NCBI GenBank assembly: GCA_035762665.1
Contig: DASTNZ010000040.1
Coordinates: 15,060 to 79,059, forward strand
From: Jiangellaceae bacterium
GTDB lineage: Bacteria > Actinomycetota > Actinomycetes > Jiangellales > Jiangellaceae
DNA length: 64,000 nt
Reading direction: 5' to 3'
This document shows, piece after piece, positions 35,588-44,751 of the stretch. The notes under the pieces were generated by a model, which was not told where the DNA came from, searched no databases, and saw only the letters and a program-made list of their open reading frames with translations. The position numbers and the translations under genes were made by a program. Each line of letters opens with the position of its first letter. Positions within the stretch are counted from its first letter, which is position 1.

Positions 35588-36351
35588 CGTACCGAGCAAC
35601 GTCCGGACTGAGCCGCAAGCGGCTCACCCAACTCGACCTGAACCGGCTCGACGCGATCATCTTTGACATCGACGGTGTCCTGACCGACACGGCCACTGTG
35701 CACGCCGCCGCCTGGGAGAAGGTATTCGACGAGTTCCTCCGCGATCGGTTCGGAGATGACGTCGAGCCGTTCGACGCCGGCGCAGAGTACCGGCGGTACG
35801 TCGACGGCAAACCCAGGCTTGAAGGCGCCCAGAGCTTCCTCGAGGCGCGTGGCCTGCTGCAGGTGGTCCACCGGGACGAGATAGAGGAGCTGGCAGCCCG
35901 CAAGGAAGCCGCCTTCACCGAGGAGATCGAGCGCAACGGCGTCCAGCCGTACCCCACCACGGCGGCGGTCGTAAGCTCGCTGCGCGACAAGGGAGCCCGG
36001 ACCGCTGCCGTCTCCGCCAGCCAGCAGGGCCGGCTCGTGCTGGACACCGCCGGCCTGCTGGATCTGTTCGACGTGGTCGTTGACGGGGTGGTGGCCAAGC
36101 GGCTGCTCCTACCAGGCACGCCGGATCCAGCCCTGTTTCACGAGGCTGCGTATCGTCTGGGTGTTCCTGCGCGGCGCGCGGCGATCGTCGAGGATGCCTT
36201 GTCGGGGATCGAGGCCGGCCGGCGCGGCATCTTCGGATTCGTCGTCGGCGTAGAACGCTCCGGAGAGCAGGCGCGTCGGGACGAGATGCGGCGCCGGGGT
36301 GCTGACATGGTGATAGGGGACCTTGCGGAGCTCGAGGTAACTCAGAGGTGA
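35584..36351 (+). CDS. HAD-superfamily hydrolase, beta-phosphoglucomutase family
   Basis: DAIIFDIDGVLTDT (DxDG) motif and a beta-PGM-like cap. Sits directly upstream of a GH65 phosphorylase, the classical pairing. ATG overlaps the relic stop (ATGA). Confidence 0.8.
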   Translation: MTYRATSGLSRKRLTQLDLNRLDAIIFDIDGVLTDTATVHAAAWEKVFDEFLRDRFGDDVEPFDAGAEYRRYVDGKPRLEGAQSFLEARGLLQVVHRDEIEELAARKEAAFTEEIERNGVQPYPTTAAVVSSLRDKGARTAAVSASQQGRLVLDTAGLLDLFDVVVDGVVAKRLLLPGTPDPALFHEAAYRLGVPARRAAIVEDALSGIEAGRRGIFGFVVGVERSGEQARRDEMRRRGADMVIGDLAELEVTQR

Positions 36352-36357
36352 GCGTCG

Positions 36358-38784
36358 ATGGGCGAATGGCACTTCGTCGTGGACGGCTTCGACCCTGACG
36401 TCGAGGGGTGGCGCGAGGCGCTGTTCACCCTGGCCAACGGGTACCAGGCCGTGAGGGGTGCCGCGCCCGAGTCCAAGGCGGACGGCGTTCATTACCCGGG
36501 AACATACCTGGCCGGGTGCTACAACCGGCTGGAGTCCCTTGTGGATGGGCACACCGTGCAGAACGAGGACCTGGTCAACGTGCCGAACTGGCTGCCGCTT
36601 CGGTTTCGGATCGAGGACGGCGACTGGTTCGAGCCCGCGACCGCGGACCTGCTCGATTACCGCCAGGAATTGGACATGCAAGGCGGTGTGCTGACCCGGC
36701 GGATCAAATTCCGTGACGCCGGCCGGATTCTCGCCGTCACCCAGCGCCGCCTGGTATCCATGGCGGACCCGCATGTGGCCAGCTTGCAGACGACGTTCGA
36801 GGCCGAGGGTTGGAACGGGCGGCTGACCGTGCAGGCCGCGCTCGACGGTCTGGTGGCCAACACCGGTGTTTCTAGGTACGGCAGCCTGGAGAACCGCCAC
36901 CTCGTGCCGCTCGTGGAGGGGCACGACGGCGACGTGTTATGGCTCCAGGTCGAGACGCTCACGTCGAAGATCCGGATCGCGGAGGCGGCGGCGATCACGG
37001 TGGACGCTGGTCGTGCGGAGGTGCCGCGCACACTCGATCAACGAGGCGGGTGGGTCGCCGCCGAACTCGACATCGAGCTAACGGCCGGACAGCCGCGCAC
37101 CGTGGACAAGACCGTCGCGATCTTCACCTCCCGCGACGTCGCCATCGAGGAGAGCCTGCTGGCCGCGCGGGCTCACGTGCGCCGAGCGGGCACCTTCGAC
37201 CAGCTTGAGACGCGCCACCGCCGGGCCTGGCGGCGACTGTGGGAAGCCTGCCAGATCACGGTGGGCGGCGAATCGCAGCCCACCCTCAACCTGCACCTGT
37301 TCCACATCCTGCAGACCGTCTCGGAGCACACCGTCGAACTCGACGTAGCCATCCCCGCGCGTGGCCTGCACGGGGAGGCTTACCGGGGGCACATCTTCTG
37401 GGACGAGTTGTTCGTGTTGCCCCTGATCTACTTGCGGTTGCCCGAGGTGGCTCGCAGCCTCCTGCTCTATCGCTGGCGCCGGCTGCCCGCGGCCCGGTCG
37501 GCGGCCAGCGAGGGCGGCTACCGCGGGGCAATGTACCCGTGGCAGAGCGGCAGCGATGGCCGCGAAGAGACACAGCAGTGGCACCTCAACCCACAGTCCG
37601 GCCGCTGGCTTCCGGACAACTCAGAACGCCAGCGGCACGTGGGCAGCGCGGTCGCGTACAACGTCTGGAAGTACTACGAGGCCACCGGTGACCTGGAGTT
37701 CCTCAACAAGTACGGCGCCGAGATGCTGCTGGAGATCGCCCGGTTCTGGGCCAGCATCGCCGAATACGACGAAGCGGCCGACCGGTACGACATCCGGGGG
37801 GTCATGGGGCCGGACGAGTACCACGACGCGTACCCGAACCGCGACGAGCCTGGCATCGACAACAACGCCTACACGAATGTCATGGCTGCGTGGGTCATCC
37901 GCCGTGCGCTGGATGCTCTGGAACTGCTGCCTGAGAGCCGCCGGAGCGCGCTATGCGATTTCGTCGAGTTCAACGACGGCGAGTTCGACCGGATGCGGTC
38001 GGTGTGCGACCGGTTGCGCGTTGTCTTCACCCCGGACGGTGTGATCGATCAGTTCGAGGGTTACCACGAGCTTTCCGAGCTGGACTGGAATAAGTACCGC
38101 GAAACCTACGGTGACATCCACCGGATGGACCGGATCCTGGAATCCGAGGGTGACTCGACGAACCGTTACCAGGTATCGAAGCAAGCCGATGTGCTCATGT
38201 TGTGGTTCCTGTTCGGTGAACGGGAACTGCAGAGCATGCTGGCGAGCCTGGGTTATGAGGTCGACTCCGAGACGCTGGCCCGCACCGTGCGCTACTACCT
38301 CGACCGCACCTCTCACGGCTCCACGTTGAGCGCTGTCGTACACGCCTGGGTCCTGGCCGGCGCCGATCCGCAGACGGCTTGGCAATTCTTCCAACGGGCG
38401 CTGGCCAGCGACATCCAGGACATCCAGGGCGGGACGACGGCCGAAGGCATCCATCTCGGCGCCATGGCCGGCACGGTGGATCTGGTCCAGCGCTGCTATA
38501 CGGGCCTCGCGATCCGGGACGGCGTCTTGCACCTGAACCCCGCCCTCCCGCCGGAGCTGCCGGAGTTGGGAATGGGGATGCAGTTCCGTGGCCACGAAGG
38601 CATAACGGTGGGCTGCACGCACGACCGGGTGCAGGTGTCGCTCCCTCACTCGGACCTGCCGCCAATCGAAGTAGCGGTGGGCGATCGCCGGCGCACGCTC
38701 CACGGCGGCGAGACGTGGGACGTAGCCATCGAGACGAGCGTGCCAGAACAGGTTGCCAGCGCCGTGCGATCCAAGGTGGGGTAG
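36358..38784 (+). CDS. Glycoside hydrolase family 65 disaccharide phosphorylase (trehalose/maltose/kojibiose phosphorylase-like)
   Basis: 808 aa. GHIFWDELFVLP and MGPDEYH regions are typical of GH65 catalytic (alpha/alpha)6 domains. Confidence 0.85.
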   Translation: MGEWHFVVDGFDPDVEGWREALFTLANGYQAVRGAAPESKADGVHYPGTYLAGCYNRLESLVDGHTVQNEDLVNVPNWLPLRFRIEDGDWFEPATADLLDYRQELDMQGGVLTRRIKFRDAGRILAVTQRRLVSMADPHVASLQTTFEAEGWNGRLTVQAALDGLVANTGVSRYGSLENRHLVPLVEGHDGDVLWLQVETLTSKIRIAEAAAITVDAGRAEVPRTLDQRGGWVAAELDIELTAGQPRTVDKTVAIFTSRDVAIEESLLAARAHVRRAGTFDQLETRHRRAWRRLWEACQITVGGESQPTLNLHLFHILQTVSEHTVELDVAIPARGLHGEAYRGHIFWDELFVLPLIYLRLPEVARSLLLYRWRRLPAARSAASEGGYRGAMYPWQSGSDGREETQQWHLNPQSGRWLPDNSERQRHVGSAVAYNVWKYYEATGDLEFLNKYGAEMLLEIARFWASIAEYDEAADRYDIRGVMGPDEYHDAYPNRDEPGIDNNAYTNVMAAWVIRRALDALELLPESRRSALCDFVEFNDGEFDRMRSVCDRLRVVFTPDGVIDQFEGYHELSELDWNKYRETYGDIHRMDRILESEGDSTNRYQVSKQADVLMLWFLFGERELQSMLASLGYEVDSETLARTVRYYLDRTSHGSTLSAVVHAWVLAGADPQTAWQFFQRALASDIQDIQGGTTAEGIHLGAMAGTVDLVQRCYTGLAIRDGVLHLNPALPPELPELGMGMQFRGHEGITVGCTHDRVQVSLPHSDLPPIEVAVGDRRRTLHGGETWDVAIETSVPEQVASAVRSKVG

Positions 38785-38803
38785 GCGGCTGCGGAGGGAC
38801 TCG

Positions 38804-39421
38804 ATGGTGGCTCGGCTGATCCGCTGCACTCTCCTGGGTGTCGGCGCGATGCGCTCGCCGCTCTACCGCCCGTCCGGGCTCCTGGTGGCGTACGGCCGAC
38901 GGCGGCTGTACCTGGACGGTGGCCCGGGCGCCGAGCCGCCGGCCGAGACCAAGGCCTGGTTGCTCACCGACGATCAGGCCGAATTGAGCGGGCCCATCCG
39001 CCGGATGGCGGCCGGCGCGGGTATCGAACGGCCGGCCGTGAGGCGGCTCGACGTCGACGGGTTGTGGGTGCAGCCCAAGCCGGTGGAGCACACCAACCAT
39101 CCGGCCTATGGCTACCTGCTCGAAGCAGGGGAGCGGCGGGTCGTGTGGGCGCCCGAGTTCTGGACGTTCCCGAACTGGGCCGACGACGCCGACCTGATGT
39201 TCGCGGACGCGGCCGGTTGGAACCGCCCGATCCGTTTTCGTGGTGGAATCGGCGGCCATGCTTGCGTGCTGGACATCTCAGCCACCGCGCGCAAGCGAGG
39301 CGTGCGGCGACTGGTCTTCGCGCACATAGGCCGACCCAGTATTAGGGCCCGTGACGCCGGCGAGCGTCCACCTTTTGGCGAATGGGGTGTCGAAGGCCGC
39401 ACATACGTGGTGCGATCTTGA
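38804..39421 (+). CDS. MBL-fold-like hydrolase with degenerate metal motif (hypothetical)
   Basis: 205 aa. TLLGVGA...LYLDGGPG resembles the beta-lactamase-fold N-terminus, but LLTDDQAEL replaces the HxHxDH motif. ATG follows GGAGGGA. Confidence 0.4.
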   Translation: MVARLIRCTLLGVGAMRSPLYRPSGLLVAYGRRRLYLDGGPGAEPPAETKAWLLTDDQAELSGPIRRMAAGAGIERPAVRRLDVDGLWVQPKPVEHTNHPAYGYLLEAGERRVVWAPEFWTFPNWADDADLMFADAAGWNRPIRFRGGIGGHACVLDISATARKRGVRRLVFAHIGRPSIRARDAGERPPFGEWGVEGRTYVVRS

Positions 39422-39463
39422 GGACAATCCACACCGTCGTACGCTGTGGATTGTCTCCAGATC
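39414..39463. repeat. Palindromic element family A, copy 3 (imperfect)
   Basis: GATCTTGAGGACAATCCACA-(11 nt)-TGTGGATTGTCTCCAGATC, with one mismatch and one bulge. The left arm contains the TGA stop of the MBL-like gene. A convergent STAS gene follows. Confidence 0.85.
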
Positions 39464-39499
39464 GGATTAAACGGTCGCGAGCCGAGCACGCCGCGAGAG

Positions 39500-39907
39500 T
39501 CAGCCAGCCTGCCCGGCCGCGTCCGAGGCCCCGGCCGCCTGGAGCGCTCCGGCCAGCGCCTCGTGATGATCGAGGTGTCGGTCCAGTTGGGTGAGTTCGA
39601 GGAGGCGTTGAACGGTGCCGGACGCGCCGGCCAGGTGCAGGCCGGTGCCGGCGGCGGCAGCGCGCCGGTGACCGACGATGAACGCGGTCAGACCGGTCGA
39701 ATCGATGAACGTTACTTCGGACAGGTCGACCACCACGTGCCCCTGCTCGACGAGCAGGCTGAGCTGGTCCTGCAACCGGGCCGCGTTCGACAGGTCGATC
39801 TCGCCGGTGAGCCGAACGACAGCCGGTCCGTGCGCATTCTGCACGCGAATCTGCAGCTTGGCCGGTTCGGCATCCTCGACGGGGTCAATCTCGGGCAGCT
39901 CGGTCAT
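39500..39907 (-). CDS. STAS-domain anti-sigma-factor antagonist (orphan)
   Basis: 135 aa. VVDLSEVTFIDSTGLTAFI contains the canonical DSTG phospho-acceptor context. Confidence 0.8.
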   Translation of the reverse strand: MTELPEIDPVEDAEPAKLQIRVQNAHGPAVVRLTGEIDLSNAARLQDQLSLLVEQGHVVVDLSEVTFIDSTGLTAFIVGHRRAAAAGTGLHLAGASGTVQRLLELTQLDRHLDHHEALAGALQAAGASDAAGQAG

Positions 39908-40003
39908 AGATCACTCCAGGTGGTTCGCATCGCATTTGTAACACGGGTAGAACAGTCTGTCTAGGTAACCTGAAGGCCTGGCATAGTCACCGACTCGGGG
40001 TAC

Positions 40004-40281
40004 GTGATCATGGCCGAAATCGGCCTTGAGCCTCGTGAGCGCATCCTCAACTCCGCCTACGAACTGTTCGCTACGCGTGGCGTCCGCGACGTCGGCATCG
40101 ATGAGGTGACCCGCCCTCAAGGGTCGCAATGGCGACCTTGTACAAGTACGTCGGTTCCAAGGACGACCTGGTGTTGGCCTTCCTCGAGATTCGCGAGCAG
40201 CGGTGGACGGGAGGGCGATTCGGGAGCAGGCGCTTGGCGAAGCCGATGGCGCAAGCCCTCATTGAGCGGCACCGACTCTGA
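40004..40281 (+). pseudogene. TetR-family regulator relic (frameshifted within the HTH and truncated)
   Basis: Frame 1 gives RERILNSAYELFATRGVRDVGIDEV. The rest of the HTH (VAMATLYKYVGSKDDLVLAFLEIREQRW) is in another frame and ends after about 90 codons in total. The ligand-binding domain is absent. Confidence 0.7.
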
Positions 40282-40306
40282 CCTGCGCTGACCTCATGGG
40301 AGGTTC

Positions 40307-40333
40307 GAACGCGGTGGGCGCACCGCGTTTTTC
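40307..40333 (+). terminator. Rho-independent terminator
   Basis: GAACGCGGTG-GGCG-CACCGCGTT followed by TTTTT. This is the only canonical stem-loop plus T-tract I found in the window. Confidence 0.7.
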
Positions 40334-40394
40334 CCGGATCGCCGCGGGTACCGCCGTCAGGAACACACAAAGTTGTGATTGAGAGGAGCCTGCG

Positions 40395-40868
40395 ATGGCT
40401 ACGACCGAAAAGTCCGTCGATGTGAACGTCCCTGTTCGCACTGCATACAACCAGTGGACGCAGTTCGAGGAGTTCCCCAGGTTCATGAACGACGTGGAGT
40501 CGGTCAAGCAGCTGGACGACACTCACCTGCATTGGCGGGTCAAGATCGCCGGTGTGGAGCGAGAGTTCGACGCCGAGATCACCGAGCAGCAGCCTGACGA
40601 ACGCATCGCCTGGCGCACGACCAGCGGGGTCGGCCACGCTGGCGTGGTCACGTTTCACAAGCTGGAAGACGCCAAGACCAGGGTTATGTTCCAGCTCGAG
40701 ATGTCGCCGGAGAACTTCACGGAGAAGGTCGCCGACAAGGCCGGCATCGTTTCTATGGCGGCTGAACGCGACATGAAGAACTTCAAGGAGTACATCGAGT
40801 CGCGGGGCACCGAGACCGGCGCCTGGCGCGGGGAGCTTCCGGACCAGGGCGGCCCCAGCATGCGCTAG
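40395..40868 (+). CDS. SRPBCC (cyclase/dehydrase-like) family protein
   Basis: 157 aa. VNVPVRTAYNQWTQFEEFPRFM...V..V......HW...I.G..REF.AEITEQ.PDERIAW is the common actinobacterial SRPBCC pattern. Confidence 0.75.
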   Translation: MATTEKSVDVNVPVRTAYNQWTQFEEFPRFMNDVESVKQLDDTHLHWRVKIAGVEREFDAEITEQQPDERIAWRTTSGVGHAGVVTFHKLEDAKTRVMFQLEMSPENFTEKVADKAGIVSMAAERDMKNFKEYIESRGTETGAWRGELPDQGGPSMR

Positions 40869-40881
40869 GTAAACCCAGTCG

Positions 40882-40928
40882 GCCCACCCGATCGCCTCCG
40901 TAAGGCCCACCCCGGCGGTCGGGTGGGC
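40882..40928 (+). terminator. 15-bp GC-rich hairpin after the SRPBCC gene (terminator-like)
   Basis: GCCCACCCGATCGCC-(17 nt)-GGCGGTCGGGTGGGC, one G-U pair, followed by an A/T-rich stretch. Confidence 0.45.
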
Positions 40929-41027
40929 TACCCATGTCAAAAACCAAAAGCGTTACTTCAAGCTCGAACGATAGAAGCGCTTGTTGTAGAGCGTGTATAG
41001 AGCCGACGCAGGGGTAAGCCGGGCCTC

Positions 41028-42680
41028 ATGCGCGTCCTAGGTATCAATGCGATCTTCCACGATCCGTCCGCTGCCCTGGTCATTGACGGACACACCATTG
41101 CGGCTGCCGAGGAGGAGCGCTTCAGCCGGCGCAAGCATGGCAAACGCCCCGTCCCATTCGCCGCCTGGGAGCTGCCCGAACTGGCCATGCGCTGGTGCTT
41201 AGAGAAGGCGGGCATGACCGTGGCCGACATCGACGCGGTCGGTTACTCCTTCGATCCGGCGCTCAGCAAACCGGCCGACGAGCTCGGTATCGCCGATGCC
41301 TGGGATCACCTGCGCGTCATGTATGCCGAGCGGGCGCCGTACTTCCTTGCAGCATCCCTCCCGAGCCTCGATCCGGAGAAGGTCCATTTCGTCCCGCACC
41401 ACGTGGCACACGCCGCCTCGGCGGCGCTGGCCAGCCCGCACCGGAACAGCAGCGTGCTCGTTCTCGACGGTCGTGGTGAGCGGGCATCCCACCTGGCTGG
41501 GCGGTACACCGGCCGCCGGCTCGAACTGCTGGCCGGCCAGGAGCTACCACACTCTCTGGGGCTGCTATACGAGTCGCTCACCGAGTACCTCGGGTTCATG
41601 CGGTCCAGTGACGAGTACAAGGTGATGGCCCTGGCCTCGTACGGTGCCCCCCGGTACCTCGCGGAGCTTCGCGAGCTTGTCTACGCCACTGGCGACGGTG
41701 GCTTCGTCGCCGAGATCCCGGATTGGGACAGGTGGGCACCGCGGCGGACCGGCGAAGACTGGACCAGCGACCATGCCGACTTGGCGGCGTCCGTCCAGGA
41801 ACGGCTGGAGGAGGTGCTGGTAGACCTAGCCCGCTGGTTGCACGCCCAGACCGGCGACCGGGTGCTGACCATGGCAGGGGGTACGGCGCTCAACTGCGTG
41901 GCGAACTCGCGGATCTGGCGCGAGACTCCGTTCGAGGAGGTATGGGTCCAGCCGGCGGCTGGTGACGCGGGGACCTCGCTTGGTGCCGCACTCCAGATCG
42001 GGGCGGACGTTGGGGTACCGCCGAACCCGATGACGTCCGCTGCGCTTGGCCGGTCATGGACCGACGACGAGCTGGCCGGCTGGCTGCGCCGAGCGGCGGT
42101 GCCGTTCACCACACCGCCCGACCTAGTGCAGCAGGTCGCCGAGGTCCTCGCCGGTAACGGCGTGGTGGCGTGGTTCGATGGGCGGAGTGAGTACGGCCCG
42201 CGAGCGCTCGGCCAACGGTCCTTACTCGCCAACCCGGCGGACCAGCACAACCAGGAGCGGCTCAACGCGGTCAAAGGGCGCGAGCAGTTCCGGCCACTCG
42301 CGCCGATGGTGCTCACCGACCGAGCCGCCGAGATCTTCTCCGGTGGTCCTCTGCCAAGCCCACACATGCTGTTCGTGCACGACGTGCACCCCGACTGGAC
42401 GGACCGCCTCCCCGCGGTCGTACACGTCGACGGCACGGCTCGGATCCAAACCGTCGATGATCGGACGCTTCCGCGGGTGGCCGCCTTGCTTCGCGCGTTC
42501 GAAGCCCGTACCGGCCTGCCGGTGCTGCTCAACACGAGCCTGAACACCGCCGGCCGACCCATCGTGGATGATCCGCGCGACGCGCTGGAGCTGTTCGGTT
42601 CCACACCGGTCGACGCGCTGGTGTTAGGGCCGCACTTGGTGCGCCGGCAACACATGTACGCGACGGATGTGCCTCGATGA
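41028..42680 (+). CDS. Carbamoyltransferase, NodU/CmcH family
   Basis: 550 aa. MRVLGINAIFHDPSAALVIDGHTIAAAEEERFSRRKH is the typical N-terminus; C-terminal region LNTSLNTAGRPIV. Confidence 0.85.
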   Translation: MRVLGINAIFHDPSAALVIDGHTIAAAEEERFSRRKHGKRPVPFAAWELPELAMRWCLEKAGMTVADIDAVGYSFDPALSKPADELGIADAWDHLRVMYAERAPYFLAASLPSLDPEKVHFVPHHVAHAASAALASPHRNSSVLVLDGRGERASHLAGRYTGRRLELLAGQELPHSLGLLYESLTEYLGFMRSSDEYKVMALASYGAPRYLAELRELVYATGDGGFVAEIPDWDRWAPRRTGEDWTSDHADLAASVQERLEEVLVDLARWLHAQTGDRVLTMAGGTALNCVANSRIWRETPFEEVWVQPAAGDAGTSLGAALQIGADVGVPPNPMTSAALGRSWTDDELAGWLRRAAVPFTTPPDLVQQVAEVLAGNGVVAWFDGRSEYGPRALGQRSLLANPADQHNQERLNAVKGREQFRPLAPMVLTDRAAEIFSGGPLPSPHMLFVHDVHPDWTDRLPAVVHVDGTARIQTVDDRTLPRVAALLRAFEARTGLPVLLNTSLNTAGRPIVDDPRDALELFGSTPVDALVLGPHLVRRQHMYATDVPR

Positions 42681-43720
42681 GCGAACCCAACGAAAACGAT
42701 CGCGTTGCGGGTGCCGTTCACGCATCCGCGGCGCCCCCGGTGAGCTACGCGATCGTAGTACCAACCGTCGGCCGGGCGACCCTCTACCGGCTGCTCGCCT
42801 CCCTGGCTGTGCAGGATCCGTCGAGCGGCCCGGGGCAGATTGTCGTAGTTGATGACCGGCCCGGCGCGCCGCCGGAGCTGGAGCTCCGGGTCGGCCACCT
42901 CGAACCGGAGCTGGTCCGGTCGGGAGGTAACGGCCCCGCTGCCGCTCGCAACGTCGGCTGGCGGAAGGCGGGTGCGGAGTGGGTGGTCTTCCTAGACGAC
43001 GACGTCGAGTTACCTGCGGACTGGGCCGAGCGACTCGTCAGCGACCTGGCCGGATTGCCGGCGGACGTGGCGGGTGTCCAGGCTCAGATCCAGGTGCCGC
43101 TGCCCACACACCGCCGGCCGACTGACGCCGAGCGGAACACAGCCGGTTTGGCCACGGCCGCGTGGATCACTGCCGACATGGCCTACCGGCGTGAGGCGCT
43201 CGAGCGCATTGGCGGGTTCGACGAGCGGTTCCGGCGCGCCTACCGCGAGGACGCTGATCTGGCGGTCCGATTGCTGAGTTGTGGCTGGCGCCTGAACCGC
43301 GGGCGTCGCGAGACCCTTCACCCGGTACGCCAGGATGGCGATTGGGCAAGCGTGCGGGCACAGGCGGGCAACGCCGACGACGCGTTGATGCGCCGCCGTC
43401 ACGGGCCGGGCTGGCGCGAGGCCGCTGCTGCGCCCCGTGGGCGGCTCGGCTGGCATGTGGTGACGACGGCGTGCGGTATGACGGCCCTGGCGGCACAGGC
43501 GGCCGGGGCACGTCGCGCCGCGGCCCTGGCAGCGGCCGGCTGGCTGGTGCTGACCGCACAGTTCGCCTGGTTGCGGATCCAGCCCGGTCCGGCAACTCCC
43601 GGCGAGATCCGGCGAATGGTGTTCACCAGTATCGCCATCCCACCGGTGGCGACTGCCCACCGGCTGCTCGGCGCGTGGCGGTACCGGAATGTCGAACCTC
43701 ACGTCCAGGAGTGGACATGA
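42677..43720 (+). CDS. Glycosyltransferase family 2 with C-terminal membrane segments
   Basis: YAIVVPTVGR...VVVDD...AAARNVGW..A....VVFLDDDV (DxD) motifs. ATGA overlap at both ends. Confidence 0.8.
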   Translation: MSEPNENDRVAGAVHASAAPPVSYAIVVPTVGRATLYRLLASLAVQDPSSGPGQIVVVDDRPGAPPELELRVGHLEPELVRSGGNGPAAARNVGWRKAGAEWVVFLDDDVELPADWAERLVSDLAGLPADVAGVQAQIQVPLPTHRRPTDAERNTAGLATAAWITADMAYRREALERIGGFDERFRRAYREDADLAVRLLSCGWRLNRGRRETLHPVRQDGDWASVRAQAGNADDALMRRRHGPGWREAAAAPRGRLGWHVVTTACGMTALAAQAAGARRAAALAAAGWLVLTAQFAWLRIQPGPATPGEIRRMVFTSIAIPPVATAHRLLGAWRYRNVEPHVQEWT

Positions 43721-44751
43721 CCCGGGTGCTGGCCGTTCGACTCGACAGCGCGGGCGATGTGCTGCTCACCGGCCCCGCGATCCGGGCGCTCGCGCACCAT
43801 TACGACCGGGTCGACCTGCTCGCCTCCCCCGCCGGCCGAGCGGCGGGCGAGCTGCTACCTGACGTCGACGACGTGATCATCTTCGATCCGCCGTGGTCGG
43901 GTTACGAGCCTCCACCAGTGAACCCCTTGGCCATCGGATCGATCGTTCGCCGGCTTGGCCGGCGCCGCTACGACCGTGCGGTCATCTTCACGTCGTTCCA
44001 CCAGAGTCCCCTTCCGATGGCGCTGCTGGCGCGGTTGGCCGGCATCGGTTGGATCGGCGCGACGTCCGAGGACTACCCCGGTTCCCTTCTGGACCACCGC
44101 CACCGACGAAACGGCGGGCACGAGGTCGAGGCGGCGCTGGACCTGGCCCGTGCGGCCGGCGGCGGGCTACCTGCTGGCGACACCGGCGGACTGCGTGTGC
44201 GTCACCCGCTTCCGGACATCGCTGGTCTGGTCCCAGACTGCGCATACGTAGTGCTGCACCCGAGCGCTTCGGTGCCCGCCCGCGGCTTGCTGCCCGGCCA
44301 CGCGCGGGCCATCGCCAGGCATTTGCTCGCCGCCGGCTGGGCCGTGGTCGTCACGGGCACCGGGGACGAGGCCGATCTTGCAGCGCGTGCGGCGCCAGCC
44401 GGCGCGGTGAACCTCGCCGGCCGGACCGGCCTGGCCCAGCTCGCCGCCGTCATCGAACGTGGGGCCTGCGTCGTCGCCGGCAATACCGGGCCTGCGCACC
44501 TTGCTGCCGCCGTGGATACGCCGGTCGTCTCGCTGTTCGCGCCGGTCGTGCCCGCCGAGCGGTGGGCTCCCTACCAGGTGCCTGCTGTAATCCTCGGCGA
44601 CCAGTCCGCGCCATGCCGCGACACCCGGGCCCGGGAATGCCCGATCCCCGGCCACCCGTGCATCAGCGACGTGCCGCCCGATGCGGTGGTCGCGGCCGTC
44701 CAGCGGCTCGTCACGCCGAACCGTCACCAGGCTATGGCAGGTGCTTCGTGA
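43717..44751 (+). CDS. Glycosyltransferase family 9 (heptosyltransferase-like)
   Basis: MTRVLAVRLDSAGDVLLTGPAIRAL N-terminus and GNTGPAHLAAAVDTPVVSLF near the C-terminus are GT9 signatures. The track ORF start at 43279 is a shadow extension. Confidence 0.8.
   Translation: MTRVLAVRLDSAGDVLLTGPAIRALAHHYDRVDLLASPAGRAAGELLPDVDDVIIFDPPWSGYEPPPVNPLAIGSIVRRLGRRRYDRAVIFTSFHQSPLPMALLARLAGIGWIGATSEDYPGSLLDHRHRRNGGHEVEAALDLARAAGGGLPAGDTGGLRVRHPLPDIAGLVPDCAYVVLHPSASVPARGLLPGHARAIARHLLAAGWAVVVTGTGDEADLAARAAPAGAVNLAGRTGLAQLAAVIERGACVVAGNTGPAHLAAAVDTPVVSLFAPVVPAERWAPYQVPAVILGDQSAPCRDTRARECPIPGHPCISDVPPDAVVAAVQRLVTPNRHQAMAGAS

Noticed and set aside
40296-40335. GGTTCGAAC string that at first glance resembles a tRNA T-arm.
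   Set aside because: No acceptor, anticodon or D-arm structure can be built around it. The sequence is the left half of a stem-loop plus T-tract terminator.
43279-43716. N-terminal extensions of track ORFs 43279-44751, 43893-45704, 46597-47514, 49549-50628, 52611-53582 and 52094-53245.
   Set aside because: The extensions overlap the preceding genes in other frames and look non-protein-like. Internal starts that create ATGA/GTGA overlaps or follow an RBS give full-length domain matches.
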